Assembly (NCBI GenBank): GCA_035248725.1 | Contig: DATFHG010000111.1 | Span: 20,252-84,251, forward strand | Reading direction: 5' to 3' | From: Gemmatimonadaceae bacterium | GTDB lineage: Bacteria; Gemmatimonadota; Gemmatimonadetes; Gemmatimonadales; Gemmatimonadaceae | DNA length: 64,000 nucleotides | Shown: piece by piece, positions 46,012 to 57,079 of the stretch | How the letters are laid out: each line of letters starts with the position of its first letter | Numbering within the stretch: position 1 is the first letter of the stretch | Made by a program: the position numbers and the translations under genes | The notes under the pieces: model-generated | Database searches by the model: none | The model's input: the letters and a program-made list of their open reading frames with translations, nothing else | What the model was told of the DNA's origin: nothing

Positions 46012-47184
46012 CTACTTGAAGGCGTTGAGACCGGTCAGCGCCTGGCCGAGGACGAGCGAGTGCACGTCGTGCGTCCCCTCGTAGGTGTAGACGCTCTCGA
46101 GGTTGGCCATGTGGCGCATCGCGGAATACTCCGCGAGGATGCCGACGGCGCCGAGCAGACGGCGGCACTCGCGCGCGATGTCGGTGGCCATGCTGACGTT
46201 GTTGCGCTTGGCCAGCGACACCTGCTGCGGCGTGTACGACCCCGCGTCCTTCATGCGACCGAGGTGCAGCGACACGAGCTGCGCTTTCACGATCTCGGTG
46301 AGCATGTCGGCCAGGCGCTCCTGCTGAATCTGGAAACCCGCGATCGGGCGATCGAACATCACGCGGTTCTTGCCATACGACAGCGCTTCCTCGAAGCACG
46401 CCATGGCGGCGCCGATCGCGCCCCAGGAGATGCCGTACCGCGCCTGCGTGAGGCACATGAGAGGACTCTTCAATCCGCCGGACGTCGGCAGCAGCGCGTC
46501 CGCGGGCAGATGCACGTCCTGGAATACCAGCTCACTCGTGTCGCTCGCCCGCAGCGACAGCTTGCCTTTCTGGTCACGCGACGTGAAGCCCTGCGTACCG
46601 CGCGGCACGACGAAGCCGCGAATGGACTTGTCGTCCGTGTCCCCGTGGGTTTTCGCCCAGACGACCGCGATGTGAGCCGTGGACCCGTTCGTGATCCACA
46701 TCTTCGCGCCGTTCAGCACCCACGTGCCATCCTTCTGCTGGCGCGCCATGGTGATCATGCCCGACGGATTCGATCCGTAGTCGGGTTCCGTGAGCCCGAA
46801 ACAGCCGATGATCTCTCCCGCAGCCATCTTCGGTAGATAGCGCTTCTTCTGTTCCTCGCTGCCGAACGCATAGATGGGGTACATGGCGAGCGCGCCCTGC
46901 ACCGACGCGAACGAGCGCACGCCCGAGTCGCCGCGCTCCAGTTCCTGCATGATGAGCCCATATGCGACGTTGTTCAGTCCCGCGCACCCGTATTCCTCCG
47001 GCAGGTTCGCGCCGAACACTCCCAGCGATGCCATCTCGGGGACGAGCTCCGTCGGGAATTTCCCGTCGACGTAGTATTTGCCGATGATCGGCAGGACGCG
47101 CTCATCGACGAAGCGGCGCACGCTGTCGCGCACGGCACGCTCCTCCTCGGAGAGCAGCGATTCGATATTGAAGAAGTCGAGCAT
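46012..47184 (-). CDS. Acyl-CoA dehydrogenase, glutaryl-CoA dehydrogenase-like
   Basis: LLSEEERAVRDSVRRFVDERVLP...VAYGLIMQELERGDSGVRSFASVQGALAMYPIYAFGSEEQKKRYLPKMAAGEIIGCFGLTEPDYGSNP...YEGTHDVH. Confidence 0.9.
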   Translation of the reverse strand: MLDFFNIESLLSEEERAVRDSVRRFVDERVLPIIGKYYVDGKFPTELVPEMASLGVFGANLPEEYGCAGLNNVAYGLIMQELERGDSGVRSFASVQGALAMYPIYAFGSEEQKKRYLPKMAAGEIIGCFGLTEPDYGSNPSGMITMARQQKDGTWVLNGAKMWITNGSTAHIAVVWAKTHGDTDDKSIRGFVVPRGTQGFTSRDQKGKLSLRASDTSELVFQDVHLPADALLPTSGGLKSPLMCLTQARYGISWGAIGAAMACFEEALSYGKNRVMFDRPIAGFQIQQERLADMLTEIVKAQLVSLHLGRMKDAGSYTPQQVSLAKRNNVSMATDIARECRRLLGAVGILAEYSAMRHMANLESVYTYEGTHDVHSLVLGQALTGLNAFK

Positions 47185-47207
47185 GCCGGAAAGCTAGCGG
47201 CGGCCGA

Positions 47208-47915
47208 CTACGCGGCCACGGTACGCCTCGCGAGCGGGGAGATTCCGATCTCCCGCGCTTTCTTTCGGAAGGTGCGTCCATGGTCGATCGCCATGCCGCG
47301 CTCGTCCTGCCACTGGTGCACCATCTCGTGCAACAACGTGTGCAGGGCTTCATCCCAGCCGTGGGCGCGCAGGTGTCGTCGGCTGATGGCGATCTCCGCG
47401 GGCTCGCCGGCGCGCGTCGCCGCGGTGTAATGCCCGAGGCGTGCACGCATCCGCCGCGAGACGCGCACCTGGAGCGCGCGCAGGGCCCCGCCAAAGAACT
47501 GCTCGTTATACCGCGCGTGCCACTCGGTCAGCCGTTCGGCGAGGCGCTGGTCGTCGGGATGAGTGCCGTTGCGCGGTCGCACCGGCGCCTGTGTCTCGAT
47601 CGGGTACTCGAGCAGCCGGCGGCGCGCGCGCAAGCGCTCACTCCGCGTGGTGCCCTCCACGAACCGGACGATGGCGAAGAGCACCTCATCCGGTGCGTCG
47701 AGATATCCCTCGTGCACACGCAGCTCGTTCGCTCCGAAGCTCACCATCACATTGCGGTTGTTGGTCAGCCGGCATCGCGTAATGCGGCGCAAGCCGAGCG
47801 CGCGCAGCCGCGTGAACAGATCCTCGGCCGTGCGCGGCGCGGAGCGCAGCACCAGCGTGAGCTGTGTAGGATGGGCGGGCGCGATGTCGCGCGGCCGCGC
47901 TACCGGTCGAAGCAT
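47208..47915 (-). CDS. SprT-like zinc metalloprotease domain protein
   Basis: ALHTLLHEMVHQWQDERGMAIDHGRTFRKKAREIGI (HExxH in SprT context). Confidence 0.7.
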   Translation of the reverse strand: MLRPVARPRDIAPAHPTQLTLVLRSAPRTAEDLFTRLRALGLRRITRCRLTNNRNVMVSFGANELRVHEGYLDAPDEVLFAIVRFVEGTTRSERLRARRRLLEYPIETQAPVRPRNGTHPDDQRLAERLTEWHARYNEQFFGGALRALQVRVSRRMRARLGHYTAATRAGEPAEIAISRRHLRAHGWDEALHTLLHEMVHQWQDERGMAIDHGRTFRKKAREIGISPLARRTVAA

Positions 47916-48727
47916 CGATGCGGACCGGGGACGAAGCTGTGCGCTTCGGCGGACCAGATGAGGGTGTGCACGTCGATGTCGGTCGCGGAGATGCTGATGA
48001 CGTTCACGGACGATGGCCGGCCGCCGCGCGCGCGATTCGAGATCGTGCCCGCCGTCGAGATGATCGTCCCCTTCTTCGTGTGCTCGATGTAATGAACGGC
48101 TTCCTGGTGGTCGTGGCCGCAGAGCACGAGATCCACTCCCAGCTCCGCGAACGCACCGAGGATGCGATTCGTGTGCCGCAGACCGTGGCGCTGCGACAGC
48201 TCGCCTTTCACGGGGTTGTGATGCATGACGATGATGCGCGCGTCGCCGTCGGGAGACCTGGCGAACTCCGCGGCCGCGCGGGCGATCTGTCCCTCACGCA
48301 CGTGTCCCATCACGGACAGATCGCGCATGTTCCACGTGAGCGTCTCGCGGATGATGCCGTGGCAGGTGTTGATGCCGACGAAGGTCGCGCCCGGGATGCG
48401 CAGCGTCGGCTCGATGTCGTCCGCGATGTACGCGCGGTATTTGCGCAGCAGCTTGCGGTCGTCGCCCATCCCCATGGGCGAGAACCACCACTGCACGTCG
48501 TGGTTGCCGGGCACCATGATGACCTTGGCCACGCGCTCGGCATGTTTCACGAAGGCGCGGGCGCGCTGGAACTCCCCCGACCGCGCCCGCTGCGTGAAGT
48601 CGCCGGAGATCGCGACGACGTCGAAGCGCTTCTCCTGAATGAACGCCTCGATCGCCTCGTACTGCTCCGGGACGGCGGGATGGCCGAAGTGGAGATCGGA
48701 GCAGTGAAACAGCCCGATCGTGCTCAC
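47900..48727 (-). CDS. Calcineurin-like metallophosphoesterase
   Basis: HCSDLHFG...ISGDFTQRA...VPGNHDV...MHHNP...CGHDHQ. GTG 48727 overlaps the upstream stop (GTGA). Confidence 0.85.
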   Translation of the reverse strand: MSTIGLFHCSDLHFGHPAVPEQYEAIEAFIQEKRFDVVAISGDFTQRARSGEFQRARAFVKHAERVAKVIMVPGNHDVQWWFSPMGMGDDRKLLRKYRAYIADDIEPTLRIPGATFVGINTCHGIIRETLTWNMRDLSVMGHVREGQIARAAAEFARSPDGDARIIVMHHNPVKGELSQRHGLRHTNRILGAFAELGVDLVLCGHDHQEAVHYIEHTKKGTIISTAGTISNRARGGRPSSVNVISISATDIDVHTLIWSAEAHSFVPGPHRCFDR

Positions 48728-49737
48728 AGCCGCTCGATGATCGCGTCCGAGAATTCGTCGGTGGACGCGGTTCCGCCGAGGTCGCGCGTGACGTGCTGCC
48801 GCTCACGGATCACCGTCTCGAAAGCACGCCGGATCTTCAGGGCGCGCTCACCCTGTCCCAGATGCTCGAGCAACATGCAGCCGGCCAGCACGAGCGCGCC
48901 GGGATTCGCGATGCCCTTGCCGGCGATGTCCGGTGCAGTGCCATGGACGGCCTCGAAGATGGCGCCGTGAAGGCCGATGTTCGCGCCGGGCGCGAGACCA
49001 AGGCCGCCGACGAGCCCGGAGATCTCGTCCGAGAGAATGTCGCCGAAGAGGTTCGTGGTGACGATGACGTCGAACCGCTCGGGATTGAGCACGAGGTTCA
49101 TGGCCATCGCGTCGACGATGCGCTCCTCGAACTCCACGCGACCGTTGTACTCCCGCGCAATCTGCCGCCCCACGTCCAGAAACAATCCCTGCGAGAATTT
49201 CAGGATGTTCGCCTTGTGGACCAGAGTCACCTTCTTGCGGCGGTGCTTCACGGCGTACTCGAACGCGTAGCGGCAGATGCGCTCGGCACCAGCACGCGTC
49301 ACGATCGCGATCGACTCCGCCGCGGCGCGTGGGTCGTCCCCGATCTTGATGTAGTGCTCCACGCCGACGTACAGCCCTTCCGTATTCTCGCGGATCAGCA
49401 CCAGATCGAGATTGTCGTACCGGCCGCCGGGTACGATCGAATACGCGGGACGCACATTCGCGTACAGGTCGAACGTCTTGCGCAGCGCGACGTTGATCGA
49501 TCGATAGCCTTCGCCGACCGGCGTCTCGAGTGGACCTTTGAGCGCGACGCGGGTCCGTTTGATGGAGTCGAGCGTCGCGTCGGGAATCGGATCGCCGAAC
49601 TTCGCGACCGCCGCCATGCCGGCGGACTGGACATCCCATTGGATGTCGGCGCCGGCCGCCTCGAGGATACGGACCGTGGCAGCCGTGATGGACGGCCCGA
49701 TGCCGTCACCGGGAATGAGCGTGACCGGTGTGCTCAT
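48724..49737 (-). CDS. Isocitrate/isopropylmalate dehydrogenase family, NAD-dependent isocitrate dehydrogenase-like
   Basis: VTLIPGDGIGPSI...LKGPLETPVGEGYRSINVALRKTFDLYANVRP...LVLIRENTEGLY...NLFGDILSDE...HGTAPDIAGKGIANP. Confidence 0.88.
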   Translation of the reverse strand: MSTPVTLIPGDGIGPSITAATVRILEAAGADIQWDVQSAGMAAVAKFGDPIPDATLDSIKRTRVALKGPLETPVGEGYRSINVALRKTFDLYANVRPAYSIVPGGRYDNLDLVLIRENTEGLYVGVEHYIKIGDDPRAAAESIAIVTRAGAERICRYAFEYAVKHRRKKVTLVHKANILKFSQGLFLDVGRQIAREYNGRVEFEERIVDAMAMNLVLNPERFDVIVTTNLFGDILSDEISGLVGGLGLAPGANIGLHGAIFEAVHGTAPDIAGKGIANPGALVLAGCMLLEHLGQGERALKIRRAFETVIRERQHVTRDLGGTASTDEFSDAIIERL

Positions 49738-50366
49738 GGGGCGACGAAGAGGTCGGCGAGTCGATCGGCCACGCCGTCCAGCGCCAGCGCGGGCGTTTGC
49801 GCCGGTGCGCCGGTCAGCTCACCGACCCATCGCGCTTCCGCGAAGCGCGGGTCGAGGAGGACAAAGCGCGCGATGGCGCGACCGCCCTCGCCGCTGCGCT
49901 CGAACCGCAGGTCCACCGGCAGCAGGACATAGCGCACGTCCTCCTCGAGGGCGATCATCGTCCGGAGCTGCGACGACAGCGGCTCGCCGTATTTGTCGCC
50001 CGCCTTGAAGTTCGGAGCGCGCACCTGCTCCACCGACAGCTGATACGGATCGGTCGCATAGGTGCGGTTGCGCTCGAACGTGCGCACGAGCTGCGTCGGC
50101 AGGATCCATTTCGGCGCCAGACCTCGCGCATTGAGCGCGACGACGATGCTGCTGTCGAGCCGGCGCGCTGCCCCACGCGGGCCGGAAAGCTGGGGAAGCC
50201 AGCCGAGCGAATCCGTCCCACGCACGTGCGCGGTGGGAACGACCACGATGCGCTGTGTGGCGTACGATGCGAGTGGACGCGCATCTGCCGCGCCGCCGTT
50301 CGCGCCGTGGTGGCAGGCGATGGCGAGCAGCGCAACGGTCGCACATGCGATCGCGGTTCGCGTCAC
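49734..50366 (-). CDS. Hypothetical lipoprotein
   Basis: Lipobox-like MTRTAIACATVALLAIAC|H. 210 aa, no family recognised. Stop overlaps the IDH-like start (ATGA). Confidence 0.6.
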   Translation of the reverse strand: MTRTAIACATVALLAIACHHGANGGAADARPLASYATQRIVVVPTAHVRGTDSLGWLPQLSGPRGAARRLDSSIVVALNARGLAPKWILPTQLVRTFERNRTYATDPYQLSVEQVRAPNFKAGDKYGEPLSSQLRTMIALEEDVRYVLLPVDLRFERSGEGGRAIARFVLLDPRFAEARWVGELTGAPAQTPALALDGVADRLADLFVAP

Positions 50367-50411
50367 AGGCGAAAGGTAATACGACTCGACAGCCGGGAGG
50401 TGGCGGGCGTC

Positions 50412-50439
50412 GAGAGCTCAGAGTTGAGAGTTGCGAGTC
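50412..50439 (+). repeat. Four tandem heptamers in the cstA leader
   Basis: GAGAGCT CAGAGTT GAGAGTT GCGAGTC (50412-50439), ending 19 nt before the cstA ATG. Confidence 0.6.
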
Positions 50440-50458
50440 GGCGCGTCACTATTGCCGC

Positions 50459-52525
<2,067 letters not shown>

Positions 52526-52540
52526 TCGCGATCGCGCGAT

Positions 52541-54292
52541 CTAGTTGCCGTCCTTGTTGATCGTCGGATCGCCGGCGAGCGACTTGCGCGCCCGTTCGGC
52601 GCTGGCCATCCACATCTGCACCAGCTCTCCGCGCAGCGGCGGCGCCGCGTCGCGACCCGCGCCGCGTCCGCGTTCGCGCCGGCGCACGCGCGATTCCGGA
52701 ATCCCGCCGAGGAAGAACGCCAGGTAGGTGAGGAGGATGACGAAGGCCCACCGCACGGCGACCGTTTCAGCTGGGTCCGACCCGCCGGACGACAGCCACG
52801 CGGCAATCCAAGCGCCGATGCCTGCGAGCCCGGCGACGGCTCCTGCGAGCAGAAGCGCAAAGCGACCGCGGCGCACCGCAAGCAGTCGTTGCCGGACCGG
52901 GCCGGCGACCAGCACAAAGTCCCCAGTCCCGTTGATCAGACTTCCGGAGTCGCGTCGCGTGTCCGCGAAGACGTCGGCGATGACCCACACGGGATAACCG
53001 GAGCCTACTGCCCACCGCCACCGTTGCAGGGCGAGCAGGGCGTAGAACACGAACACCGTCGCCGCGGAGAATGCGACGGCCAGCCCCGCGCCGAGAACAA
53101 AGGAGCGAAGCACGGAGGATTCGGCGCCGACGTGTCTGAGTATCGCAAATTCGGGCCACACGCCGAGCGCGGCAAAGAACACCGCGACCGCGGCTGACGT
53201 CGCCGTCGCCGCGCCGATGAGACGCGCGCCGACGCCGCGTACTCCCGACATTCCCGGCGGCGGCCACTCGACGACGTTCCGTTCGGCGGGATTGAGGAAA
53301 TGCACGATGTCTTCGGCGGTCGGTCGCCGCGACGGAGATTTCTCGAGACACCGCGCGATCAACGTCGTGAACTCCTCGCTCACGTCCGATCGCAGCTCAT
53401 CGATGCGCGGAGGCGTCTCGTTCATGTGAGCCGCCATCACGCGCACCGGCGAGCCCTCGAACGGCGGCCGGCCGACGAGCAGCTCGAATGCGAGCACACC
53501 GAGGCTGTAGACGTCGCTCTTACCGGTGACCTCTTCGCCGCTGCCCTGCTCGGGGCTCATGTACGTCGGCGTTCCGAGGTACATGCCCTCGTCCGTGAGG
53601 CGACGCCCGAGACTGTGACGACGCGAGCTGTACGCGGCCGAGATGCCGAAATCGAGAACGAGCGCGCGGCCCGTCTCGCCGTCGAGCACGATGTTGCTGG
53701 GCTTGATGTCCCGATGGTAGACCTTGCGGCGATGCGCGGCCGCGAGACCCGCGGCGACGTCCGCCATCAGCCGACGCACACGGAGCTCTGTGAGCATACG
53801 CCCTCGCAGTGCGCCCATGCCCAGTGTGGGCCCGTCCACGTATTGCATCACGAAATACGGGATGGACCGCCCGGGCACTTCGCCGACGTGGTACACGTTG
53901 ACGATGTTCGGGTGCGACACCGCGGCGATGGCCTCCGCCTCGCGCGTGAAGCGTTTACGCGCGACGTGATCGTCCGCGAGCGTCGGCGCGAGCAGCTTGA
54001 CCGCCACTTCGCGCTTCAGCACCGAGTCGCGACCCACGAATACGAGGGCCATCCCGCCCTCGCCCACCATCCCGAGCACGCGAATGTTCGGCGCGAGTGC
54101 TTTCACGAGATCGTTGTACAGATCCTGCAGCTCGGCAGGCGGTCGCTGGAAGCGGACAAATTCGCCGGAGCGGAATTCGCCAGAGGGGACGCTGCGCTTC
54201 ACCACCGGCGCCGGTGCATCGCACACGGCGCACGTGGTCGCGCGAATGCTGATCGGTGCCTGGCAAACAGTGCAGTGCGGGAAGTTGCTCAC
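52541..54292 (-). CDS. Ser/Thr protein kinase with N-terminal zinc ribbon and polytopic C-terminal membrane domain
   Basis: CTVCQAPISIRATTCAVCDAP. Kinase motifs: VAVKLL, HRDIKPSNIVLD, DFGIS, GTPTYMSPEQ. Several hydrophobic helices follow in the last ~220 aa. GTG start 54292. Confidence 0.88.
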   Translation of the reverse strand: MSNFPHCTVCQAPISIRATTCAVCDAPAPVVKRSVPSGEFRSGEFVRFQRPPAELQDLYNDLVKALAPNIRVLGMVGEGGMALVFVGRDSVLKREVAVKLLAPTLADDHVARKRFTREAEAIAAVSHPNIVNVYHVGEVPGRSIPYFVMQYVDGPTLGMGALRGRMLTELRVRRLMADVAAGLAAAHRRKVYHRDIKPSNIVLDGETGRALVLDFGISAAYSSRRHSLGRRLTDEGMYLGTPTYMSPEQGSGEEVTGKSDVYSLGVLAFELLVGRPPFEGSPVRVMAAHMNETPPRIDELRSDVSEEFTTLIARCLEKSPSRRPTAEDIVHFLNPAERNVVEWPPPGMSGVRGVGARLIGAATATSAAVAVFFAALGVWPEFAILRHVGAESSVLRSFVLGAGLAVAFSAATVFVFYALLALQRWRWAVGSGYPVWVIADVFADTRRDSGSLINGTGDFVLVAGPVRQRLLAVRRGRFALLLAGAVAGLAGIGAWIAAWLSSGGSDPAETVAVRWAFVILLTYLAFFLGGIPESRVRRRERGRGAGRDAAPPLRGELVQMWMASAERARKSLAGDPTINKDGN

Positions 54293-54374
54293 GCTGCCGC
54301 TCCGTTCCGCTTGCGAACTGGGCGTCGAAGTTTCCGTCAGTTCCTCGGGAGATCGTGCCAGAGGTGCCGGCCTA

Positions 54375-54390
54375 TGTGACGTGAATCACA
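54375..54390. promoter_or_regulatory. Perfect CRP-type palindrome TGTGA-N6-TCACA
   Basis: TGTGA (54375-54379), cgtgaa, TCACA (54386-54390). It lies in the 143-nt divergent intergenic region between the kinase gene and the ybdD-like gene. A 7-bp-stem hairpin TGGCGCG/CGCGCCA (54396-54417) follows. Confidence 0.45.
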
Positions 54391-54435
54391 ACATATGGCG
54401 CGCGCATCCACGCGCCAGAGTCCGGGTCGTTTCCG

Positions 54436-54657
54436 GTGGGACGACGCATACCGTATAGTGAAGGCGTGCCGCAACGCGTGCGTCTTCTGGAGCGGGCTGC
54501 TGCCGTCATGCGCCGCATCATCGGCGCGCCGGACTACGATCGATATCTGGCACACATGACGGAGCGACATCCCCGGGACACGCCCCTCACACGGCCCGAG
54601 TTCGAGCGACGCTGTCAGGAAGACCGCTATAACCGTCCCGGCACTCGCTGCTGCTGA
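54436..54657 (+). CDS. ybdD: YbdD/YjiX-family small protein (DUF466)
   Basis: ...RVRLLERAAAVMRRIIGAPDYDRYLAHMTERHPRDTPLTRPEFERRCQEDRYNRPGTRCC matches the DUF466 pattern (PDYD.Y..HM...HP...P....EF...........RCC). Start uncertain: GTG 54436, 54466 or 54478. Confidence 0.8.
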   Translation: MGRRIPYSEGVPQRVRLLERAAAVMRRIIGAPDYDRYLAHMTERHPRDTPLTRPEFERRCQEDRYNRPGTRCC

Positions 54658-55826
54658 ACTGCACCCACAGGAACGGCGGCGAGCCCGAGCGAGGCGAGCA
54701 ACGCGAGCGACGCACCCATGGTAAATGCCGCGCCAGGCGCGACACGCTCCCAGACGAGGCCGAAGATCACCGACGCCGGGAGCGCGGCGACGCCAACGGC
54801 CAGATAGTACCAGCCAAACGCTGATCCGCGTCGCGAAGCCGGTACCATGTCCGATACGAAGGCGCGTTCGGTTCCTTCGGTGAGTCCGAAGAACAATCCG
54901 TACACGAGAAAGATCGCCCATGCGTGCCATTGCGTGCGCGCCACGGCGAACGCCACGTACACGGCGGCATACAAGAGCCAACCACTGACAAGCGTGGTCT
55001 TTCGACCGACGCGGTCCGAGAGCGCACCACCGGGTGTGTTGGACGCGGACTTCACGACGTGCAGCGCCGCCCACAGGATCGGCAGGAAAGCGACCGGGAC
55101 ACCGAGCTGCTGCGCGCGCAAGAGGAGAAAGGCGTCCGTCGAGTTGCCGAGCGTGAAAATGAAGATGACGACGAGCAGCGCCCAGAAGCGCGACGGCATG
55201 CGCGACGCGAGGTCGGCTGTCTCCCGGGCGGCGGCGCCGTCCACTCGAGCCACCTCTCTCACACCGGCGACGACCACGACGATCGCGAGTGCACCCGGCA
55301 CAACAGCGAGCCAGAAGACGGTTCGGATTGGCGCATGCGCCCAGTTCAGGAGCGCGAACGCGATCAGCGGCCCGAAGACGGCGCCGGCATTGTCCGCGGC
55401 CCGATGAAATCCGAAAGCGCGTCCCCGAATCGACGGATCCACCGAATCGGCGATGAGTGCATCGCGCGGAGAGTTGCGGATGCCTTTGCCGATGCGATCG
55501 CTCACGCGGATCAGCAGCACCTGCATGCCGCTCTGCGCGATCGCCACGAGCGGTCGCATGGCGGCGGCCAGCGTGTATCCCGCGATCACCAACGGTTTGC
55601 GGCGCCGGACGCGGTCGGACCACCACCCGCTCGCGAGCTTGACGAACGCGGCGGTCGTTTCCGCCGCGCCTTCGATGGCACCCAGCATGCCGGGCGTCGC
55701 GCCGAGCACGGAGGTGAGGAACACCGGCAGGAGCGGATAGATCATCTCGCTCGACACATCGGTGAAGAAGCTCACGATGCCGAGCGCGAGTACGTTGCGG
55801 CCCAACGAGGCGCGCCGTGTGTTCAC
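54627..55826 (-). CDS. MFS transporter
   Basis: GTG 55826 (VNTRRASLGRNVLALGIVSFFTDVSSEMIYPLLPVFL...). 12 hydrophobic segments, MFS loop motif SDRVRRRKP. ORF 54627..56102 carries an Arg-rich 5' shadow extension. Confidence 0.85.
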   Translation of the reverse strand: MNTRRASLGRNVLALGIVSFFTDVSSEMIYPLLPVFLTSVLGATPGMLGAIEGAAETTAAFVKLASGWWSDRVRRRKPLVIAGYTLAAAMRPLVAIAQSGMQVLLIRVSDRIGKGIRNSPRDALIADSVDPSIRGRAFGFHRAADNAGAVFGPLIAFALLNWAHAPIRTVFWLAVVPGALAIVVVVAGVREVARVDGAAARETADLASRMPSRFWALLVVIFIFTLGNSTDAFLLLRAQQLGVPVAFLPILWAALHVVKSASNTPGGALSDRVGRKTTLVSGWLLYAAVYVAFAVARTQWHAWAIFLVYGLFFGLTEGTERAFVSDMVPASRRGSAFGWYYLAVGVAALPASVIFGLVWERVAPGAAFTMGASLALLASLGLAAVPVGAVQQQRVPGRL

Positions 55827-55876
55827 GTCGGGAATGTACCACTTGCAAACGTCGCGGCGGACGTGAGAATGAAGGT

Positions 55877-57079
55877 ATGCCGCCGCACGCCGCCGACCTG
55901 ACCGCGGAGACGTACCGCGATCTCGCTCGGGCGCGTCGCGTGGTCGGACAACTGGAGGACGAGACGCTGCGCACGCAGGTCGAAGTCGCGCAGATCGCCG
56001 CGCCCACGGGCGACGAGCACCGGCGCGCGGATTGGGTGGCGGAGCGCTTTCGCGCCCTCGGCCTCCGCACCGACCGGGACGACGCGGGCAACGTCGTCGC
56101 ACACACGCCGGGCGCCTACGCCGGAGCGCCCGTCGTCGTCTGCGCGCATCTCGACACCGTGTTTCCGGCGGACGTGGATCTCGTGGTGCGGCGCGATGGC
56201 TCGCGGTACGTCGGCCCGGGCATCTGCGACAACGGACGCGGGATCGCCGTGATGCTGACGCTCGCCCGGGTGCTGCCCGAATGCGGCGGCGCGCTCGCGC
56301 GGGCGGTGGAGTTCGTCGCGACGACCGGCGAGGAGGGAGCGGGCGATCTGCGCGGCGCGCGCCACTACCTGGGTCGCGCCGATCGTGCGCCGTTCGCCGT
56401 GATCGCGATCGACGGCGCCGGCGACGAACGCATCGTGAACACGGGCCTGGGATGTCGTCGCTTTCGTGTCACCTATCGCGGGCCGGGTGGGCACAGCTGG
56501 TCGGCTTATGGAACCGCGAATCCGGTCCACGCCGCAGCACGCGCCGTGGCCGCGATCACTGCGCTCCGCGTGCGCGGCGCCGCGCGATCCACGCTGACCG
56601 TCAGCCGGATCGGTGGCGGTGTGTCCGTGAATACGATCCCGGAACAGGCCTGGTTCGAGGTGGACGCGCGCAGCACGGACGGGGTGGCGCTCGGTCGCAT
56701 GGAGGCCGAGATCCGGGCAATCTCCGGGGCGGCGATTGTCGAAGAAAACAGTTTGCGCCACAGCGGCAGCGGGGGCCTCACGGGTGAGGTCGAGCGTATC
56801 GGCGATCGCCCGTCTGGCGGGACCAGTGCCGATTCCCCGCTCGTCCATGCTGCGCTGATCGCGACGCGGCTCGTGGGCCGCGTCCCCGAGCTGGCGACGG
56901 CGTCGACCGACGCCAATGCCGCCATGGCGCTCGGCGTGCCCGCGATCGCCATCGGCGGTGGGGGCCGCGGCGGCGACGCGCACTCGACGCGCGAGTGGTT
57001 CGATGCGACAGGCGGCACCGCCGGGATGGAACGCGCATTGACGATCGTCGCGACCATGGCGAGGATCGCGGCGGACTAG
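55877..57079 (+). CDS. M20-family metallopeptidase (peptidase T / ArgE / DapE-like)
   Basis: ATG 55877 (MPPHAADL...). VVVCAHLDTVFP, DNGRGIAVML, TTGEEGAGDLRGA, and C-terminal ...GGRGGDAHSTREW. Confidence 0.85.
   Translation: MPPHAADLTAETYRDLARARRVVGQLEDETLRTQVEVAQIAAPTGDEHRRADWVAERFRALGLRTDRDDAGNVVAHTPGAYAGAPVVVCAHLDTVFPADVDLVVRRDGSRYVGPGICDNGRGIAVMLTLARVLPECGGALARAVEFVATTGEEGAGDLRGARHYLGRADRAPFAVIAIDGAGDERIVNTGLGCRRFRVTYRGPGGHSWSAYGTANPVHAAARAVAAITALRVRGAARSTLTVSRIGGGVSVNTIPEQAWFEVDARSTDGVALGRMEAEIRAISGAAIVEENSLRHSGSGGLTGEVERIGDRPSGGTSADSPLVHAALIATRLVGRVPELATASTDANAAMALGVPAIAIGGGGRGGDAHSTREWFDATGGTAGMERALTIVATMARIAAD

Noticed and set aside
50362-50367. TCACA half-site at the edge of the cstA upstream region, checked as a possible second CRP box.
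   Set aside because: The position 11 nt upstream reads CGCGG rather than TGTGA, so there is no palindromic partner.
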